Shown: positions 61,901 through 64,000 of the stretch, piece by piece
Layout: each line of letters begins with the position of its first letter
Numbering within the stretch: the first letter of the stretch is position 1
Assembly: GCF_004010195.1 (NCBI RefSeq)
Contig: NC_057719.1
Location: 13,381,904 to 13,445,903 of the forward strand
Length of the DNA stretch: 64,000 nt
Source: Chiloscyllium plagiosum
Taxonomy: Eukaryota
Reading direction: 5' to 3'
Program-made: the position numbers and the translations under genes
The notes under the pieces: generated by a model
Database searches by the model: none
The model's input: only the letters and a program-made list of their open reading frames with translations
Told to the model about the DNA's origin: nothing

Positions 61901-62815
61901 CAGTTGTCGGAGCCTGGATTTTGGTTTGCATATCCTTCCAGATTCTTCTAGTGTCTCCCAGACTGAAAGACGCATCCATTTTGAGCACTGCTGCTTGCAA
62001 ACTGGGACAAAGTGGAATTCACACTGTTGTGAAAGGGAATGGTTTTGAAAGAGTTAATATTCTTGTTGATCTCTTCAGATCATGTCGCACAATGGGTGGA
62101 AATAGTGAATTGGCCACTTGCCTTTCTAAGGAACAGATGTATTCTGCACAGCTCCTAGGAGTCCTTAGCAATTATTCTGGAATAGAAATGTGGCTGTTCT
62201 TATTGCTATCATACAATTAACAATCTTGTTAACAAATAACAGTGCTACTGTTATTTAAATTTAGGGGGTTCAGTTCTATTTTAAGGCTTAGTTGAGGAGG
62301 TTTTTTTTCTTTCTCAGAGTGTAGTATGTCCTCCAGCAATGATCTTGTGACAGGCTGCAGAAAAAGTACAGGCAAAATAGGATTGGTGGCATTGAGCTGC
62401 CTCAAAACAAAAACCTTACTCTGAAGCATGTATTGGCAGCAGATACCACGGGGTGTCAGGAGTGGCAGTTAGAATAATACCACGTTGGCCTTTGCCATCT
62501 GTACCGGTATAGTTTCTTCACCTGCTCATTGATGGTCTTCTGAATCTGTGAAATCTTACACCACGACTGTGACCAGAGGTACTCAACTGTTGGGATCTGA
62601 CCTTTTATAAAAGTCTAGGCGCTCGCATCTGGACATTGCAGCCTCACAAGGGAGTCACACTCACAAAGAGTTGTGCCGTGGGGTGGAGCAGGTACATCCC
62701 AGCTTGCCCCTGACTCCAGGAGAGAAGACATATGAGGTGCTAGTTAAGAAAATAAAGCTTCTTGTTGAGCTGCCGTTTCAAAGAAACTCAGTCAAACAAT
62801 TGGTTGGTCAGGCAA

Positions 62816-63065
62816 AGGGGTTCAGTTAGTTCAGTTGGCTGGATGGCTGGTTTGCAATGCAAAGTAATGCCAACAGAGGGATAGGGTTCAATTCCTAAAC
62901 TGACTGAAGTTACCTCGAGCGTCTCTCTTTCTCAACCTCTCCCCTTGCCTGTGACATGGTGACCCTCAAGTTAAACCACCACCAATTGTCTCTATCTCCC
63001 TCTCTCTCTCGCTCTCTCTCTCTCTAATGAGAGACCAGCCCTCTGGACTTTACCTTTTACTTTGT
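62816..63065 (+). mobile_element. tRNA-derived SINE (another family)
   Basis: A-box-like tagttcagttgg, B-box-like ggttcaattcc, tail actttaccttttacttt. Confidence 0.55.
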
Positions 63066-63189
63066 GTTTGGTCAGTGTGCAATATTTGAGAGGAGCAAAA
63101 TTCACGTTGTACCAGACTAGGGGATTTTGATGAGCAGTCAATGCTGGTCAAAAGGAGAGGGAAAGACAAGGGTGGAGTTATTCATAACA

Positions 63190-64000
63190 ACGAAGAACAA
63201 AGAACAGGCAGGAACAGACCCTTTGGCCCACCAGGCCTGTGCTGACACATGATGCGTTTCTAAACTAAAAGCCTTTTGCTTCTACACACTCCTTTTCCTT
63301 CTGTTCCCTGCTTATCCATGTATTTGTGAAGATGCTTCTTAAATGTTGCTTTTGGATATGCTTGTATCACCAGCACATTTCAGGCACTTACCATCCTCTG
63401 TGTGAAAAACCCAGCTCTGACATCTCCTTTAAACTTTCTACTTAGACCTACGTCTCCTAGTAATTGACATTTCTACCTTGGGAAAAGGACTCAGACTATC
63501 CATTCTATCCAGGCCTCTCATAACTTGGTAAACTTCTGCCAGGTTGTTCCTTGTCCTTCGACATTCAAGTGAAAGCAAACAAGTTTGTCCAATCTGTCCT
63601 GATAGTTAATTCCCTCTAAACCAACCAATATCCCAGTAAACTGCTTCTGTACTCTCTCTAAAGACTGTACATCCTTCTTCTAGTGTGGCAACCAGAACTG
63701 TATACAATATTCCAAATGTGGCTTAACTAAAGTCCAAACAGCTGCTACATGACTTGCCGATTTTTATACTCTGTGCCCTGACCAATAAAGGTAACATGCC
63801 ATATGCCTACTTGACCACTTTATCCACTTGTGTTTCAGTGAACAGTGAACCTGTATGCTTGGATTCCTCTGTACGTTATCGTTTCTAAGGGGTCTGCTAA
63901 TTGGTGTACACTTCCCTTTTGCATTAGCTCTTCCAAAATGCATCAACTTGGATTTGTCTGGATTAAATTCCACCTGTTATTTCTCCAAACAAGTTTCCAG
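63190..64000 (-). mobile_element. CR1 3' portion (runs off the window)
   Basis: gaacaaagaaca tail; MEFNPDKSKLMHFG; catttggaatattgtatacagttctgg on the reverse strand. Confidence 0.85.

Overview
Eukaryotic, repeat-dense genomic DNA. The repeat families (HE1-type V-SINEs, SacSINE1-like Deu-SINEs, abundant CR1 LINEs) point to a cartilaginous fish, most likely a shark; this is an inference from remembered consensus motifs, not a database result. Only one host coding exon is supported: a 138-nt phase-0/0 minus-strand exon (14046-14183) encoding the CD225/dispanin core of a SYNDIG1L-like protein. The rest is probably intronic. It contains many degenerate CR1 copies, a nested and partly deleted L1-clade element (~36066-41711), a Penelope-like RT element, a Tigger/pogo-like non-autonomous DNA transposon, several SINE families, a 35-bp satellite (~5.5 kb, with an internal inversion), a 26-bp minisatellite, a truncated tRNA-Asp pseudogene and two N gaps. 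The most interesting signals are: (i) many short Penelope-derived insertions, often fold-back, carrying minimal hammerhead-ribozyme cores and 11-16 bp target-site duplications; (ii) a 169-bp direct duplication around 15 bp of the same element terminus; (iii) the SYNDIG1L-like exon bracketed by mutually complementary CA- and TG-rich tracts. Repeat boundaries were read by eye and are approximate.
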